Source: Calditrichales bacterium (GTDB taxonomy: Bacteria > Calditrichota > Calditrichia > Calditrichales > J004). Taken from it: a stretch of 64,000 nt of DNA. Location of the stretch: the NCBI GenBank assembly GCA_965267575.1, contig OZ254086.1, positions 96,001 through 160,000 of the forward strand, given 5' to 3'. The position numbers were made by a program, and so were the translations under genes. Positions 39,041 through 50,661 of this stretch are shown here, piece after piece; position 1 is the stretch's first letter, and every line of letters begins with the position of its first letter. Under the pieces are notes generated by a model. The model was not told the DNA's origin. It was given only the letters and a program-made list of their open reading frames with translations, and made no database searches.

Positions 39041-39067
39041 AAAAAAAACACCCCATAACGGGGTGTT
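39041..39067 (-). terminator. Intrinsic terminator-like hairpin between ctaF and ctaA
   Basis: Minus strand AACACCCC-GTTAT-GGGGTGTT followed by a T run. Confidence 0.65.
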
Positions 39068-39081
39068 ATTTCAAAATTTAA

Positions 39082-39453
39082 CTAATTTCCTTGTGTCGGC
39101 GCCGGGGATGATTGATCGTAAATACGGGCATTTTCATTTATCGAGCCCGCCTCTTCGCGGCTAAGTTCGCCACGCCGCAACGTATCGAACATGGTTAAGC
39201 CGATGAAGACGGACAAAAAGACCAGTGACAGAACAAAAATCGTAAGGTAAAACTTGTTGTCATATTTCAGGTGCATAAAATAGAGTGCCACCAGCGAGCC
39301 TTTAATTGTTGCTACCAGCATAGCCACAACAAGGTTAAAAGCGCCAAAATGAAAGAATGAGACCCAAACCGTAATGGCGGTCAGCACAAGCAGGGCAGCA
39401 CCTACGCCCAGATAAACTTTTAATGGTAGTATGTGATGTTTATGTTCAGACAT
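39082..39453 (-). CDS. ctaF: Cytochrome c oxidase subunit IV
   Basis: LLVLTAITV, KGSLVALYFMHLKY. Confidence 0.9.
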   Translation of the reverse strand: MSEHKHHILPLKVYLGVGAALLVLTAITVWVSFFHFGAFNLVVAMLVATIKGSLVALYFMHLKYDNKFYLTIFVLSLVFLSVFIGLTMFDTLRRGELSREEAGSINENARIYDQSSPAPTQGN

Positions 39454-39462
39454 ATCTTTCCT

Positions 39463-40110
39463 CTAACCTATTAGATAAAGTAACGGGAACAGGTAAATCC
39501 AGATCAGGTCAACCAGGTGCCAGTACAAACCCGACAGCTCCACCGGCGTGTAATATTCCGGTGAAAAGTGTCCTTTGATCGTACGGATCATCACCCAGCC
39601 GATAACAATCATACCAATAACAACATGGATACCATGCAGCCCGGTCATGGCAAAATAGATACTGAAAAAGACGTGCGGATTGGTGCCTTCCAGTCCGGTA
39701 TAGGTGTAATATTCTCCGGGCAACTGACCCAGGTGTATTTTATGCGTGTACTCAAAATATTTAACCACCAGGAACGCGGCAGCCAGCAAGAGTGTGGCCG
39801 CCATAAGCCAGATGGCCTGCTTGTTTTTGGCAAGCTGAACCGAACGTATGGCCAGCGCGATCGTCACCGAACTTGTAATCAGGACCACGGTATTCAGCGT
39901 TCCAAGCTCTACATCAAGTGCCAGGTGGGCGTTGTAAAACATATCGGGAAACCAGGCCCGGAAAATGGCATAGGCCGTAAACAGGCCGCCAAAAAGTAAA
40001 ATTTCGGTCAACAAAAAGAGCCACATCCCCAGCTTGGACGATTCCGCCTGCTGCTCGGGGTCGGCAAAATGATGCTGCAAAAATTTAGGATGCGATTCTG
40101 CGTGTTCCAT
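39463..40110 (-). CDS. ctaE: Cytochrome c oxidase subunit III
   Basis: GMWLFLLTEILLFGGLF, NTVVLITSS, TGLHGIH, YWHLVD. Confidence 0.95.
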   Translation of the reverse strand: MEHAESHPKFLQHHFADPEQQAESSKLGMWLFLLTEILLFGGLFTAYAIFRAWFPDMFYNAHLALDVELGTLNTVVLITSSVTIALAIRSVQLAKNKQAIWLMAATLLLAAAFLVVKYFEYTHKIHLGQLPGEYYTYTGLEGTNPHVFFSIYFAMTGLHGIHVVIGMIVIGWVMIRTIKGHFSPEYYTPVELSGLYWHLVDLIWIYLFPLLYLIG

Positions 40111-40136
40111 TATACCTCGCGCTGATTTTCAATCTT

Positions 40137-41789
40137 TTATTTCGTTTCAATATGCTCGGGATGATAGCCTTCTTTCCAGACATATTTATCATCCACAACT
40201 TTAATGCGATCGTAATCGTACGGATCGTGATCCATTTCGGGCTGACCTTCAAAGTTGTGCTTATCCGGCGGCGAATCGGTCTGCCATTCCAGGGTTAATG
40301 CGCCCCACGGGTTTTTACCTGCACGCTTTCCTTTGAACAGTGAGTGCGTCAGGTAAACCATCATGATCAGAAAACCAAGGCCCAAAATCCAGGAGCCGTA
40401 AGAGCTGAAAGCGTGCAGCGGCTGGAACTGATCCAGGTAATTGAAATAACGCCGCGGCATACCCTGAGAGCCCATGATAAACTGAGTAAAGAAAGTGACA
40501 TTGAAGCCAATAAAGATCAGTATAGCCGAGATGGCGCCCCAAAGTTCGTTGTACATGCGGCCCCATATTTTTGGCCACCAGAAGTGAATACCTCCCAACA
40601 GCGCCATAACCGTTCCGCCCATCATAACATAGTGGAAGTGCGCCACAACAAAATAGGTGTCATGCAGATGAATATCCACCGATAACGCGCCTAAAAATAT
40701 GCCGGTAAAGCCGCCAATGGCGAAGAGGAACATAAAGCTAAGCGCGTACAGCATAGGCGTCTGGAACGTGACATGCCCTTTATAGAGCGTGGCCATCCAG
40801 TTAAACATTTTAATTCCCGAGGGGATACCGACCAGGAAGGTCAGGAAAGAGAAGATCATCGCTGCCAGTTCGGACTGTCCACTTGTAAACATGTGGTGGC
40901 CCCACACGAGAAAACTTACCAGGGCGATGCCCAGACTGGAATAAGCGATCAATTTGTAGCCAAAGATTTTTTTCTTGGAAAATGTAGCAATCAGTTCGCT
41001 GATGATACCCATACCCGGCAGGATCATGATATAAACGGCGGGGTGCGAGTAGAACCAGAAAAAGTGCTGGAAAAGCACCGGGTCACCACCCATGGCCGGA
41101 TCGAAAATACCAATACCAAAGGCTTTTTCCAGGGCAAGTAATACAAGCGTAATACCGATTACCGGCGTTGCCAGAACCTGAATTACAGCCGTGGCGTAAA
41201 GTGCCCATACAAACAGCGGCATCTTGAACCAGGTCATTCCGGGCGCGCGCAGTTTGTGGATGGTTACAATGAAATTTATCCCGGTAAAGATGGAAGAGAA
41301 GCCCAGGATAAATATGGCCATGGTCATGGAGATGACGGCACCGGAGGCCTGACTGCTGTAGGGTGTGTAAAAGGTCCAGCCCGTATCCACGCCACCGTTC
41401 ACAATCGAATAAACGGCAAAGACGGCGCCCAGCACATATATGTACCAACTGGCCAGGTTAAGCCGCGGAAAGGCCACGTCTTTTGCGCCGATCATCAGCG
41501 GCAGCGTAAAGTTACCCAAAGCCGCGGGAATTGAGGGGATTATGAACAGGAAGATCATAATGGCCCCGTGCAGGGTAAAAAACTGATTGTAGGTATCGGC
41601 ACTCATGAAATCGGCGCCGGGTGTAAAAAGCTCCATGCGAATCAGCAGAGCCAATACGCCGCCAACCAAAAACGACAGCATGATACCGAAAAAGTACAAC
41701 ACGCCGATACGTTTGTGATCCAGCGTAAACAGCCAGGACTTAAGACCTTTATCCTGATTAAGGTAGTTTACGGTGGTACTAATACTCAT
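40137..41789 (-). CDS. ctaD: Cytochrome c oxidase subunit I, A2-type
   Basis: [24 protein letters not shown]. Confidence 0.97.
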   Translation of the reverse strand: MSISTTVNYLNQDKGLKSWLFTLDHKRIGVLYFFGIMLSFLVGGVLALLIRMELFTPGADFMSADTYNQFFTLHGAIMIFLFIIPSIPAALGNFTLPLMIGAKDVAFPRLNLASWYIYVLGAVFAVYSIVNGGVDTGWTFYTPYSSQASGAVISMTMAIFILGFSSIFTGINFIVTIHKLRAPGMTWFKMPLFVWALYATAVIQVLATPVIGITLVLLALEKAFGIGIFDPAMGGDPVLFQHFFWFYSHPAVYIMILPGMGIISELIATFSKKKIFGYKLIAYSSLGIALVSFLVWGHHMFTSGQSELAAMIFSFLTFLVGIPSGIKMFNWMATLYKGHVTFQTPMLYALSFMFLFAIGGFTGIFLGALSVDIHLHDTYFVVAHFHYVMMGGTVMALLGGIHFWWPKIWGRMYNELWGAISAILIFIGFNVTFFTQFIMGSQGMPRRYFNYLDQFQPLHAFSSYGSWILGLGFLIMMVYLTHSLFKGKRAGKNPWGALTLEWQTDSPPDKHNFEGQPEMDHDPYDYDRIKVVDDKYVWKEGYHPEHIETK

Positions 41790-41801
41790 ACTTTTCTCTC
41801 A

Positions 41802-42749
41802 CTATTTAAGTGTTTTCAGGTAAGCGATAATGGCGTCAATTTCATCATTTGTCATAACGCCCTGATACGTCGGCATAACGGGCTGATAACCTTCAACAAT
41901 CTGTGCCTGCGGCTCAAGGATTGACTTGCGGATATAATTTTCATCAACCGTAATAGACGATCCGTCCGTCATATTTTCCTGGCGGCCGAAAATGCCTTTA
42001 AACGTCGGGCCCACGTTAGGCGAGCCGTCGATGGAGTGGCAGGTTACACAGGCTTTGCTTGTGTAAAGCTTCTCGCCCCACTCTTCCGGCGCCAGTCCTT
42101 CACCGCCGACAGCGTTGTCCGCCAACCAGTCATTATAGGCCTGGTCGGTAACAACACGCACTTTGCCAATCATGTCGGAGTGGCTTTTGCCGCAATACTC
42201 TGTACAGAAAAGATCGTAGGTACCTTCCTGTGTCGCTTCGAACCAGGTTTGCGAATAGCGGTTTGGCAATACATCCATCTTAATACGGAAATTAGGTACA
42301 AAAAAACTGTGAATGACATCCTGGGATGACATGAGCAATTTAACCGGTTGATTGACCGGCACCACCAGCTCATTTGTGGAGGTCGCCCCATCCGGATAAT
42401 TAAAAGACCAGAACCATTTTTGGCCCGTGACTTTAATCTCAATGGCATCGCCCGGCGGCACATTCATTTTAAGAAATGTCTGGAATCCCCAAACAAATAT
42501 GATGAACACCAAAATCGTAGGGATCACCGTCCAGAAAATTTCAAGCTTGGTGTTGTGCGAAATGTTAGCCGTATAGGGCGTCTGCGCCGCCTTTTTAGCC
42601 CGGTAGCGCCAGGCAAAATAAAAGCTACCACCCGTCACCAGAATAAAAAAGAAAATGGACAGGTACAGAATAAAGTTGAACAACGCATCTACTTCGGAAG
42701 CGATCGTAGAGTTGGCGCCCGGTAAAAATAATGTTCCGTTCGGATCCAT
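41802..42749 (-). CDS. ctaC: Cytochrome c oxidase subunit II with fused cytochrome c (caa3)
   Basis: DVIHSF, CTEYCGKSHSDM CuA site, CVTCH heme site. Confidence 0.95.
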   Translation of the reverse strand: MDPNGTLFLPGANSTIASEVDALFNFILYLSIFFFILVTGGSFYFAWRYRAKKAAQTPYTANISHNTKLEIFWTVIPTILVFIIFVWGFQTFLKMNVPPGDAIEIKVTGQKWFWSFNYPDGATSTNELVVPVNQPVKLLMSSQDVIHSFFVPNFRIKMDVLPNRYSQTWFEATQEGTYDLFCTEYCGKSHSDMIGKVRVVTDQAYNDWLADNAVGGEGLAPEEWGEKLYTSKACVTCHSIDGSPNVGPTFKGIFGRQENMTDGSSITVDENYIRKSILEPQAQIVEGYQPVMPTYQGVMTNDEIDAIIAYLKTLK

Positions 42750-43565
42750 TTACACGTATTCCTTTAAACTTTTTTGTTTTTTTCGTTTTTCTTTTATCCA
42801 AAGCGTACCCAGGAAAAGACCAAGCACCGCAATGGTAAGCACGCCGCCGAGACGCATTACATTGCCGGCAAACAACACGTAGCTGTTGGCATTGGCATCG
42901 TAATGGTAGCAATAGAGCAGAATGCGTTCAAAAGTATTGCCCACTTTTCCGTCCGATGCTTCCAACAAGCCCAGTTTGACATCATTCGGAGTATATTGAA
43001 TGCCATAGAGGTGTCGGGCAATCTTTCCTTCCGGCGTCAGAATAAAAAGCACCGCCGGATGGGCAAATTCATCACGTTCTTCGTCGTAAAAGTATTCAAA
43101 ACCCATTGCCGTCGTCAGTGAATCTATGCTGGGCTGATCCGCCGTAAGAAAATGCCAGCGATCCCGCAGGGTCGTATCGGAAACGCTGCCCGTATAAGTC
43201 TCCTTTTTCTGCCGCGCCAAAGCCGGCGTCTCAGCGGAATCTATCGAGACGGTAACGATGCTGTAGCGTTCACCCGCCGGCCAGTTCATTGCATTGATCG
43301 CATCACTCAGGCCGTTTAAGACCAGGGTGCAAAGCATCGGGCATTCGTAATAGGCAAACACAAAAATTACCGGCGTATCCTGATTGAAATAGTCTTCCAA
43401 CAGAACTTTCTCGCCCTGCTCGTTGTAAAGAACCGTTTTTCCGGGAACGTACTCACCCAAATGCTCGGAAACGTTTATCCGGCTAAGCTGCGGATCGTTC
43501 TCTTTTGCAACCTGGCCAAAAAGCAGAAGGGGTACTAAAAAAAGTATAAATGCACTAAAACGCAT
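42750..43565 (-). CDS. SCO family protein
   Basis: YYECPMLC, FAHPA, LLYCYHYD. Confidence 0.88.
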   Translation of the reverse strand: MRFSAFILFLVPLLLFGQVAKENDPQLSRINVSEHLGEYVPGKTVLYNEQGEKVLLEDYFNQDTPVIFVFAYYECPMLCTLVLNGLSDAINAMNWPAGERYSIVTVSIDSAETPALARQKKETYTGSVSDTTLRDRWHFLTADQPSIDSLTTAMGFEYFYDEERDEFAHPAVLFILTPEGKIARHLYGIQYTPNDVKLGLLEASDGKVGNTFERILLYCYHYDANANSYVLFAGNVMRLGGVLTIAVLGLFLGTLWIKEKRKKQKSLKEYV

Positions 43566-43568
43566 AAT

Positions 43569-43871
43569 TTATCGGGCATTCTCCTGAACATATAATTCCA
43601 TGGCACGCTCCAGCGGGATACGGTAAACGCCTTTTTCGGCATCCAAAACTTCGTAATTATTCAGCTTTTGCTGCTCAGCAGCGCGTATCTCTCGCAGTTG
43701 ATTGGACTCAACATTGTACACCCGCTCATAAAGCGCCTTTTCTTTTGAAAACGTGTAGTAGTCATTCAGAATAACCAGAACAACTGCCACAAAAACAATC
43801 GATATAATTGAAACTAAAACAATTACGCGGGTATTCACATCCCGCTTCTCGTATCCGATATGTTCCGACAT
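43569..43871 (-). CDS. Small ACIII-associated membrane protein (ActG-like)
   Basis: GYEKRDV, single TM, RIPLERAM; position after actF. Confidence 0.65.
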   Translation of the reverse strand: MSEHIGYEKRDVNTRVIVLVSIISIVFVAVVLVILNDYYTFSKEKALYERVYNVESNQLREIRAAEQQKLNNYEVLDAEKGVYRIPLERAMELYVQENAR

Positions 43872-43882
43872 GCGTGAAACCC

Positions 43883-45073
43883 TTAAATATTTTTAAAATT
43901 CAGAGAGAATTCCAGACGACGGTCGCTGACCGGCACCAGCGGGTGCGCCGTAAACGTATTCCAGAAGTTCCAGAAAAACAAACCGCCTATGCCCAGCAAC
44001 AGTGTAATATCCATCCAGCTCAAATGGAAACTGTGCGGCATGAAATAGGGAAATACCAGCCAATACAGGTCAATAAAGTGCATAACAAACACCCAGGCGG
44101 CAACAACCGTCAGCCAGGTAAGATTACGCTTTGCCGCGCGGAAAGAGAGTGCTATAAACGGAAGCGCAAAATGGCCGAAAACTAGCGTCATGGTTATGAT
44201 TTTCCAGTTGCCCGTCCAGCGGTGGTAGTACCAGACTGTTTCTTCCGGAATGTTGGCATACCAGATCAGGAAGTACTGTGAAAACTGCATGTAGCCCCAG
44301 AAAACAAGAAAGGCAAAAATCATTTTGGCCAGATCGTGGTAGTGCTCAACGCTAATCGCGTTGGTCAGAACGCCTTTTTTGCGCAGCCAGAAGGAAACCA
44401 TCACCGAGAAAACGATAATGGCGAGCAATGATCCGCTAAACAGGTAAACGCCAAAAATCGTCGAGAACCAGTGCGGATCCAGCGACATCAGCCAGTCAAA
44501 AGATGCGAAGGTAATGGTCAGCGCAAAAATGACAGTACCCGGCGCGCTGATCTGGCGCATCTTTACAATCAGCCGCTCATCCGGTTCTTTATCCTGCTTC
44601 AGGGAAAGACGGTAAAGTACACGGCTCAGGATGATCCAGGCGGCAAAATAGATTACAGCCCGTACAATAAAGAAAGGCACATTCAGATAGCCCTGTTTCC
44701 AGGCCAGAATCGGATCTTTGGCAACTTCTTCGGGATGAGTCCAGTGGAATAAATCGTGCATACCAAACAGGATCGGGATAAACAGGATGGCCAGAATGGG
44801 AAAACTCTGCATGGTGGCTTCGCTTATGCGGCGCAACACGATGTTCCATTCCGAGCCAAACAGGTGATTAACCATCGTAAAAAAGAGTCCGCCCCAGGCC
44901 AGCGTAAGCCAGAACATGTAGCCCAGCAGGTACGAATGGAAAAAGTGCTTTGAATTGGTGAAGTAACCGGCCGCGCTGATAAGCAGCATCACCACACCAA
45001 CAATAAGCGCAATCTTCCCGGCAGAGCCTTTATCCGATAAAGTGTAAGTTGAACTGTCGTATTTCATGAGCAC
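43883..45073 (-). CDS. actF: Alternative complex III subunit ActF
   Basis: DWLMSLDPHWFSTIFG, FSQYFLIWYANIPEE. Confidence 0.9.
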   Translation of the reverse strand: MLMKYDSSTYTLSDKGSAGKIALIVGVVMLLISAAGYFTNSKHFFHSYLLGYMFWLTLAWGGLFFTMVNHLFGSEWNIVLRRISEATMQSFPILAILFIPILFGMHDLFHWTHPEEVAKDPILAWKQGYLNVPFFIVRAVIYFAAWIILSRVLYRLSLKQDKEPDERLIVKMRQISAPGTVIFALTITFASFDWLMSLDPHWFSTIFGVYLFSGSLLAIIVFSVMVSFWLRKKGVLTNAISVEHYHDLAKMIFAFLVFWGYMQFSQYFLIWYANIPEETVWYYHRWTGNWKIITMTLVFGHFALPFIALSFRAAKRNLTWLTVVAAWVFVMHFIDLYWLVFPYFMPHSFHLSWMDITLLLGIGGLFFWNFWNTFTAHPLVPVSDRRLEFSLNFKNI

Positions 45074-45079
45074 CGTCTC

Positions 45080-45700
45080 TTAATTAAGGTCTTTCAGAAT
45101 TTCTTCGGGAACATCTTCGGCCGTGGCATTCTGGCTGCGCTGCAACGCACGTACAAAAGCCACAATCGCCCAGCGATCTTCCACTTGTATCTGTTTTTTA
45201 TAGCCCGGCATATTACGGATACCGTTGGCTATTACGTCATAAATCTGCCCATCCGGGTATTCGCGGATATAGTCCTGATGAAAAGAAGGGGGCGGCAGAT
45301 AACCACGTTCCACAACGATCCCCTTGCCGTCACCGGCGCCGCCATGGCAAGGCGTGCAATAGATGCCGTATCGCTCTTTCCCTCTTTGCAGCAATTCGGG
45401 TGTAATTTCAATCGGGATATTTTGCGTAAATTGCCCGGAAGCCGTTTTACCGTAATAGTATTCTTCGTCCGCTCTCAGGTCACCGCGGGCGATTGTACCG
45501 GCAACAGGAACGCGCATGGCAGAACCATCTTCAAAGAATTCGCTTTCTTCATACGCCTCGTAGCGTGGCTGGTCATCCATATTGGGGTTAATATGAATGG
45601 GCGGTTTTTCCGAAGGAGATCCGCGCAAACAGGCATTTAAAAAGAATGCCGCCCCGGCCAGAAATATCCACTTTGTTGTTTTAAAATGATTTCTGTTCAT
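45080..45700 (-). CDS. actE: Alternative complex III monoheme cytochrome c lipoprotein ActE
   Basis: Lipobox-like LNAC, NMDDQP, CTPCH. Confidence 0.9.
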   Translation of the reverse strand: MNRNHFKTTKWIFLAGAAFFLNACLRGSPSEKPPIHINPNMDDQPRYEAYEESEFFEDGSAMRVPVAGTIARGDLRADEEYYYGKTASGQFTQNIPIEITPELLQRGKERYGIYCTPCHGGAGDGKGIVVERGYLPPPSFHQDYIREYPDGQIYDVIANGIRNMPGYKKQIQVEDRWAIVAFVRALQRSQNATAEDVPEEILKDLN

Positions 45701-45706
45701 GCCTTG

Positions 45707-46258
45707 TTACTCTTCATCATTTGGGATTAATTTTTCAATGTCTTTGCCGCCGATCGACTGCAAAAACCTGGTTGTCTCATCAAGATCGAATTTACCGTCC
45801 TGCGCTTCAATGCTAACAAAAAAGGCGTCGTCTGTTACCTTGGAAAACTGATCCGAATAAAAGACCGGATGATGAAACCTGGGCAATCCGGTTAAAATAA
45901 GCATACCCACAAGGGCAACCAGCGCGGATAGCAAAACCATCACAGCCCAGGAAGCAACTCCATAAGCCTGGTAGCTAAAAAGCGGCTTGCCGGAAAGAAC
46001 CAGCGGATAATCAATAGCCGAGGTCCAGCCCTGAAAGGCAAACATGCCGATAAACGAAACCGTTGCCACCCCGCCAACCACGTAACCAAGCGGCGATCGT
46101 TTTTCGCCCATGGCGTCATCCATGCCGTGGATAGGAAAAGGTGAATGGCAATCGTAATGCTTATAGCCGGCCTCTTTTGTTTTTTCAGCGGCCTTGAGTA
46201 AATCGCCCGACGTTTCGAAGCGGGCCAAAAGCCCTAAAACTTTTTCAGATGCGCTCAT
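45707..46258 (-). CDS. actD: Alternative complex III subunit ActD (DUF3341)
   Basis: SPFPIHG, two TMs, SGKP. Confidence 0.9.
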   Translation of the reverse strand: MSASEKVLGLLARFETSGDLLKAAEKTKEAGYKHYDCHSPFPIHGMDDAMGEKRSPLGYVVGGVATVSFIGMFAFQGWTSAIDYPLVLSGKPLFSYQAYGVASWAVMVLLSALVALVGMLILTGLPRFHHPVFYSDQFSKVTDDAFFVSIEAQDGKFDLDETTRFLQSIGGKDIEKLIPNDEE

Positions 46259-47676
46259 TGTGCTTTCTCCCCGCTTTTATGTTCTTCATCGTGATGTTCG
46301 TGATGATGCGGATCGGCCTGGGGTAGAATATTTTTCACTTCGGACATGGCGACAATCGGCAGATGCTTAATGAACAGCAGGAACAGGGTAAAAAACAATC
46401 CGAAGGATCCGATCAACAAAGAGATATCCCAGAATGTCGGTGAATAATAGTCCCAGCTTGAAGGCAGAAAATCGCGCGATAGCGACGTTACCGTAATCAC
46501 GAAACGCTCGAACCACATACCGATATTTACGATGATGGAAACCACAAACATAACCGGTACACTGCGGCGTAGCTTGCGCGACCAGAAAATCTGCGGCGCG
46601 ATTACGTTACAACTCACCATAATCCAGTAGGCCCAGGCATAGGGTCCGAAAGCACGGTTTATAAAGGCAAACGCTTCATAAGGATTGCCACTGTACCAGG
46701 CGATAAAAAATTCCATACCATAAGCGTAACCCACCATCATGCCGGTTACCATAATGATCTTGTTCATGTTTTCCAGGTGCGTCATCGTAATGATGTGCTC
46801 AAGGTGATAAATGCGTCTGGCAATAAGCGCCAGCGTCATCACCATGGCAAACCCGGAAAAAATGGCCCCGGCAACGAAATAGGGTGGAAAGATCGTTGTG
46901 TGCCATCCCGGTATTACAGACGTCGCAAAGTCCGTACTTACAACAGAGTGAACCGAAAGGACCAGCGGCGTGGACAATCCGGCCAGCAGCAAATAAGCCA
47001 GTTCATAGTGTTTCCACTGCTTGTTTCCGCCTCTCCAGCCCAGCGAGAAAATGCCCAGCAGTACTTTGCGGATACCGCTCTTGGCACGATCACGCAGCGT
47101 AGCCAGGTCGGGAATAAGCCCCACGTACCAGAACATGAAGGAAACCGAAAAATAGGTTCCTACGGCAAAGAAGTCCCACAACAGCGGACTGCGGAAGTTG
47201 GGCCACATGGCCATCTGGTTTGGAACCGGGAACATGTAATAAACCACCCACACCCGGCCGATGTGAATACCCGGAAAAATCAAAGCGCAGATAACGGCAA
47301 AAATGGTCATCGCTTCGGCAAAGCGGTTGATTGACGTACGCCACTTCTGCCGGAACAGGTAAAGGATGGCAGAGATCAGCGTTCCGGCGTGACCAATACC
47401 TACCCAGAATACAAAGTTTACGATTGCCCAGCCCCAGCCAACGGGAACATTCAGGCCCCAGATACCAATACCTTCCCAGAACAGGTAGCCAATGGCACCC
47501 AGTAATACCAGGGACAGAGAGCCCGCCGTGCCGAAAAGCAACAGCCATTCAATACTGGTTTTACTCTCCGCTATCGATGATATCTTTTCCGTGATCGTAT
47601 GGAATGTCTGATTCCCCGTGATCAGCGGGACTTTATATTCTTCAACAACATCGAGGTCTTTGTTTATCGCACTCAC
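46255..47676 (-). CDS. actC: Alternative complex III subunit ActC (NrfD/PsrC family)
   Basis: [40 protein letters not shown]. Confidence 0.95.
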   Translation of the reverse strand: MSAINKDLDVVEEYKVPLITGNQTFHTITEKISSIAESKTSIEWLLLFGTAGSLSLVLLGAIGYLFWEGIGIWGLNVPVGWGWAIVNFVFWVGIGHAGTLISAILYLFRQKWRTSINRFAEAMTIFAVICALIFPGIHIGRVWVVYYMFPVPNQMAMWPNFRSPLLWDFFAVGTYFSVSFMFWYVGLIPDLATLRDRAKSGIRKVLLGIFSLGWRGGNKQWKHYELAYLLLAGLSTPLVLSVHSVVSTDFATSVIPGWHTTIFPPYFVAGAIFSGFAMVMTLALIARRIYHLEHIITMTHLENMNKIIMVTGMMVGYAYGMEFFIAWYSGNPYEAFAFINRAFGPYAWAYWIMVSCNVIAPQIFWSRKLRRSVPVMFVVSIIVNIGMWFERFVITVTSLSRDFLPSSWDYYSPTFWDISLLIGSFGLFFTLFLLFIKHLPIVAMSEVKNILPQADPHHHEHHDEEHKSGEKAQ

Positions 47677-47694
47677 TTTATTCTCGCTCTTTTA

Positions 47695-50661
47695 TTAACT
47701 GTTGCTGATTTGCTCAATTTCAGGATTCGGATTGCGCAGTTTGGCCAGGTAAGTTGTCCGCGGTTTCACGTTCAGTTCGGCCAGAACGGCGTAGTCCTTG
47801 TTTTGCTTCTTAAGCTGGCTCACGCGGCTTTCCGGGTCGTTGATGTTACCAAAAACAATAGAGTCAGTGGGACAGGCTTGCTGACATGCCGACAAAACAT
47901 CTCCGTCTTCCACGCGGCGGCCTTCATTCCTGGCTTTGATCTTGGCCTTCTGCAAACGCTGCGTGCAGTAGGTGCATTTTTCCATCACACCGCGGAAGCG
48001 TACCGTCACATCCGGGTTCTGCGCCATCTTCTGCATCTCACCGTAGGAGTTGGTGTAGTTGAAAAAGTTGAAACGGCGAACCTTATAAGGACAGTTGTTG
48101 GAACAATAGCGCGTTCCGATGCAGCGGTTATAGGTCATCACGTTCAGACCTTCTTCATCATGAAGCGTGGCCTGTACCGGGCAAACCTGTTCGCAAGGCG
48201 CGTTTTCGCAATGTTGGCAGGCCATCGGCTGATAAACCATTTCCGGTTCTTCAATATCACCGGCAAAGTAGCGGTCCAGGCGTATCCAATGCATTTCACG
48301 GCCTTTCTCCACCTGCTCTTTACCGATAATTGGAATGTTGTTCTCACTCTGGCAGGCAATAACACAGGCGTTGCAGCCGGAACAGGTATTGAGATCAATC
48401 ACCATGCCCCACTGATAGCCCTTGCTGTAATCAAACTCTGTCCAGAGCGAACGCAGCGGCGGATGCTGAACCATTTCCTTGGCGAAGTTGGGATTTTCAC
48501 GGTACTCTTCAAGAGTAGCTTCGCGAACCAGCGGCCGCCCTTCCATGGAGTTGTGATCCTGCGTATTGGCCAGAACATAGGTTTCGCCTGTTTTACGCAG
48601 GGTAACGCCATTCATGTAATGAGGCGTGCGGCTGTCCTTAAGCGCGAACACGTTAAAGCCGACATCATCGGCGATCCGGCCCAGGTTTTTGCGGCCATAG
48701 CCCATTTCCAGCGAAATAACATAATCGGCCTGGCCGGGCAGTACGCTTACGACTGTGCGCAGCTCTTTGCCGCCGGCGTTCAGCACCACTACATCACGTG
48801 ATTGCAGGCCCAGTTCTTCCGCCGTGCGCGGACTGATCAGAGCCGCGTTGTCCCAGCATATCTTGGTGACGGGGTCGGGCATTTCCTGCAGCCAGCCGTT
48901 GTTGGAAAATCGGCCGTCATGAACAGAGTAAGATGGACGGAAAATAATCTGCAGGCTTTCCGCACTGCGCTGTCCCGTGCTGTAGTTGGTTGCGTTTACC
49001 AGTGATGCTACGGCACTCATATTCAGGCTAGTGGACGCCGGCTTCCGCTGCGTATTGGCGGCCAGTCCGTCATGCAGGGTGCGTTCCCATGCCGACTTCG
49101 AGATACCCCGATCGGTCCAGGTTTGCCGTACAATCTCATAACCGCGGACGTCTTTGCCCGTGGTCAGCAGATTCAAAAATTCAAAAATAGATTTGGAACC
49201 AAAAAGCGGTTCGATGACCGGCTGGACAACACTCAGGTGTCCCTGAACCCCGGCTGCATCGCCCCAAGACTCGATGAAGTGGGCCTGCGGAACGTGCCAT
49301 CCGGCAAGCATGCCCGTTTCGTCACGGTGCGATGAAAAGGAGATAAACGTTTCCGCTTTGCTCAGCGCATCCGCCATGTTCAGGTTGGCCGGCGTATCGT
49401 AAGCCAGGTTGCGATCCAGGGCAACCAGGGTTTTTACGGAACCGCCCTGCAAGGCATTCACAAGCTCGTTCATATCGCCCTGCTGCAGCACGGCGTTATC
49501 CGGGGCAAAATAGGAAATCGTTTTATTATTGTTTTTCAGGATTTCATTAATGGCAAAAACAAGGGCGTGGGTCGCCGCGCTCTGGCGGTAACCGGCTACA
49601 ACGATCGAATTGCCGGAAGCACCTTTCAAATCTTTCACCAAAGCCGCAAACCATTTTTGGTCGATTCCGGTTTGGGCGAGATCGGCGTTAGCGCCGCTTA
49701 TGCCAAGTTCAGCAGCCAAAACGCGCGTAAATGCTTCGAGCTGGTCCTGGTTCATGCGTTTTCTGTGGTCGGCCATACCACCTGTGATAGAGTAGGAAGA
49801 CTCAACCACATAAAGGCGGTTCATATCTTCTTTTTCCGAAGCGACGCGGCGGCGTGACGCAAAGGTCCAGCTTGCATCGACCGCTTCCGGTTCAACACCC
49901 ATAAAATCGGCATCGATGGAGAGAACCACACGCGCTTTATCATAATGGTGTAACGCGCGGAGTGTCTGGCCAGTGGCGGCTCTTAGACCATCATACTTAT
50001 TTTTCTGGGAAACCGGCTCATCAACAACCCAAAACGCATTCGGAAAGGTCTTTTGAAAAGCCTGATAAAGCCTGTATAACGTCGGCGAAGAAAACTCTCC
50101 CGAGACAATGGCCAGCCCCTCGCCGCCGTTTTCCGCAAACGTGCTGTATTGCTCCTGCCAGAAAGTGACAAAATCATTCCAGCGCCGGCGGTTGCCGTTT
50201 TCGGTCACATCCTGGGCGCGGTCCGGGTCGTACAGGTTAAGCGTTTCCGCCTGCATAATCGCGTTGGTGCGTCCATGGGACGTAGGATGCTTATCATTAC
50301 CCTCAATCTTGGTCGGGCGTCCTTCATGGCTTTCCACCAGGAGGCCATGGGCATGCGCACCGTAATTAACCGTCGTGGCGTAAAATTGCGCATTACCCGG
50401 CACAAGTGCTTCGGGCGCTTTTACATAGGGTACGATTTTTTCGACGGGTTTGCGGCAGGAAGTCAGTCCGGCCAGCGCGATCGAAGCGCTCATGATGCTG
50501 AGAAACTTGCGCCTCGTCAGGGGATTTGTCATTTCCGAAGCGTTCTCCGGAAACTCACGGTGTAAAAACTCTTTAAACTCCGGCGTATCGGCCAGCTGGT
50601 CCAGGCTGCGCCAATACTCTTTTCCGGTAATCTCTTTTTTTATTTCTTTCATCGATGACAT
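47695..50661 (-). CDS. actB: Alternative complex III subunit ActB (molybdopterin-fold plus Fe-S)
   Basis: YWRSLDQL, Tat RRKFL, EGRPTKIEGN, four Fe-S motifs; start 50661 or 50652. Confidence 0.95.
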   Translation of the reverse strand: MSSMKEIKKEITGKEYWRSLDQLADTPEFKEFLHREFPENASEMTNPLTRRKFLSIMSASIALAGLTSCRKPVEKIVPYVKAPEALVPGNAQFYATTVNYGAHAHGLLVESHEGRPTKIEGNDKHPTSHGRTNAIMQAETLNLYDPDRAQDVTENGNRRRWNDFVTFWQEQYSTFAENGGEGLAIVSGEFSSPTLYRLYQAFQKTFPNAFWVVDEPVSQKNKYDGLRAATGQTLRALHHYDKARVVLSIDADFMGVEPEAVDASWTFASRRRVASEKEDMNRLYVVESSYSITGGMADHRKRMNQDQLEAFTRVLAAELGISGANADLAQTGIDQKWFAALVKDLKGASGNSIVVAGYRQSAATHALVFAINEILKNNNKTISYFAPDNAVLQQGDMNELVNALQGGSVKTLVALDRNLAYDTPANLNMADALSKAETFISFSSHRDETGMLAGWHVPQAHFIESWGDAAGVQGHLSVVQPVIEPLFGSKSIFEFLNLLTTGKDVRGYEIVRQTWTDRGISKSAWERTLHDGLAANTQRKPASTSLNMSAVASLVNATNYSTGQRSAESLQIIFRPSYSVHDGRFSNNGWLQEMPDPVTKICWDNAALISPRTAEELGLQSRDVVVLNAGGKELRTVVSVLPGQADYVISLEMGYGRKNLGRIADDVGFNVFALKDSRTPHYMNGVTLRKTGETYVLANTQDHNSMEGRPLVREATLEEYRENPNFAKEMVQHPPLRSLWTEFDYSKGYQWGMVIDLNTCSGCNACVIACQSENNIPIIGKEQVEKGREMHWIRLDRYFAGDIEEPEMVYQPMACQHCENAPCEQVCPVQATLHDEEGLNVMTYNRCIGTRYCSNNCPYKVRRFNFFNYTNSYGEMQKMAQNPDVTVRFRGVMEKCTYCTQRLQKAKIKARNEGRRVEDGDVLSACQQACPTDSIVFGNINDPESRVSQLKKQNKDYAVLAELNVKPRTTYLAKLRNPNPEIEQISNS

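Noticed and set aside
47599-48801. 400-aa + strand ORF
   Set aside because: Antisense to actB, no recognisable features
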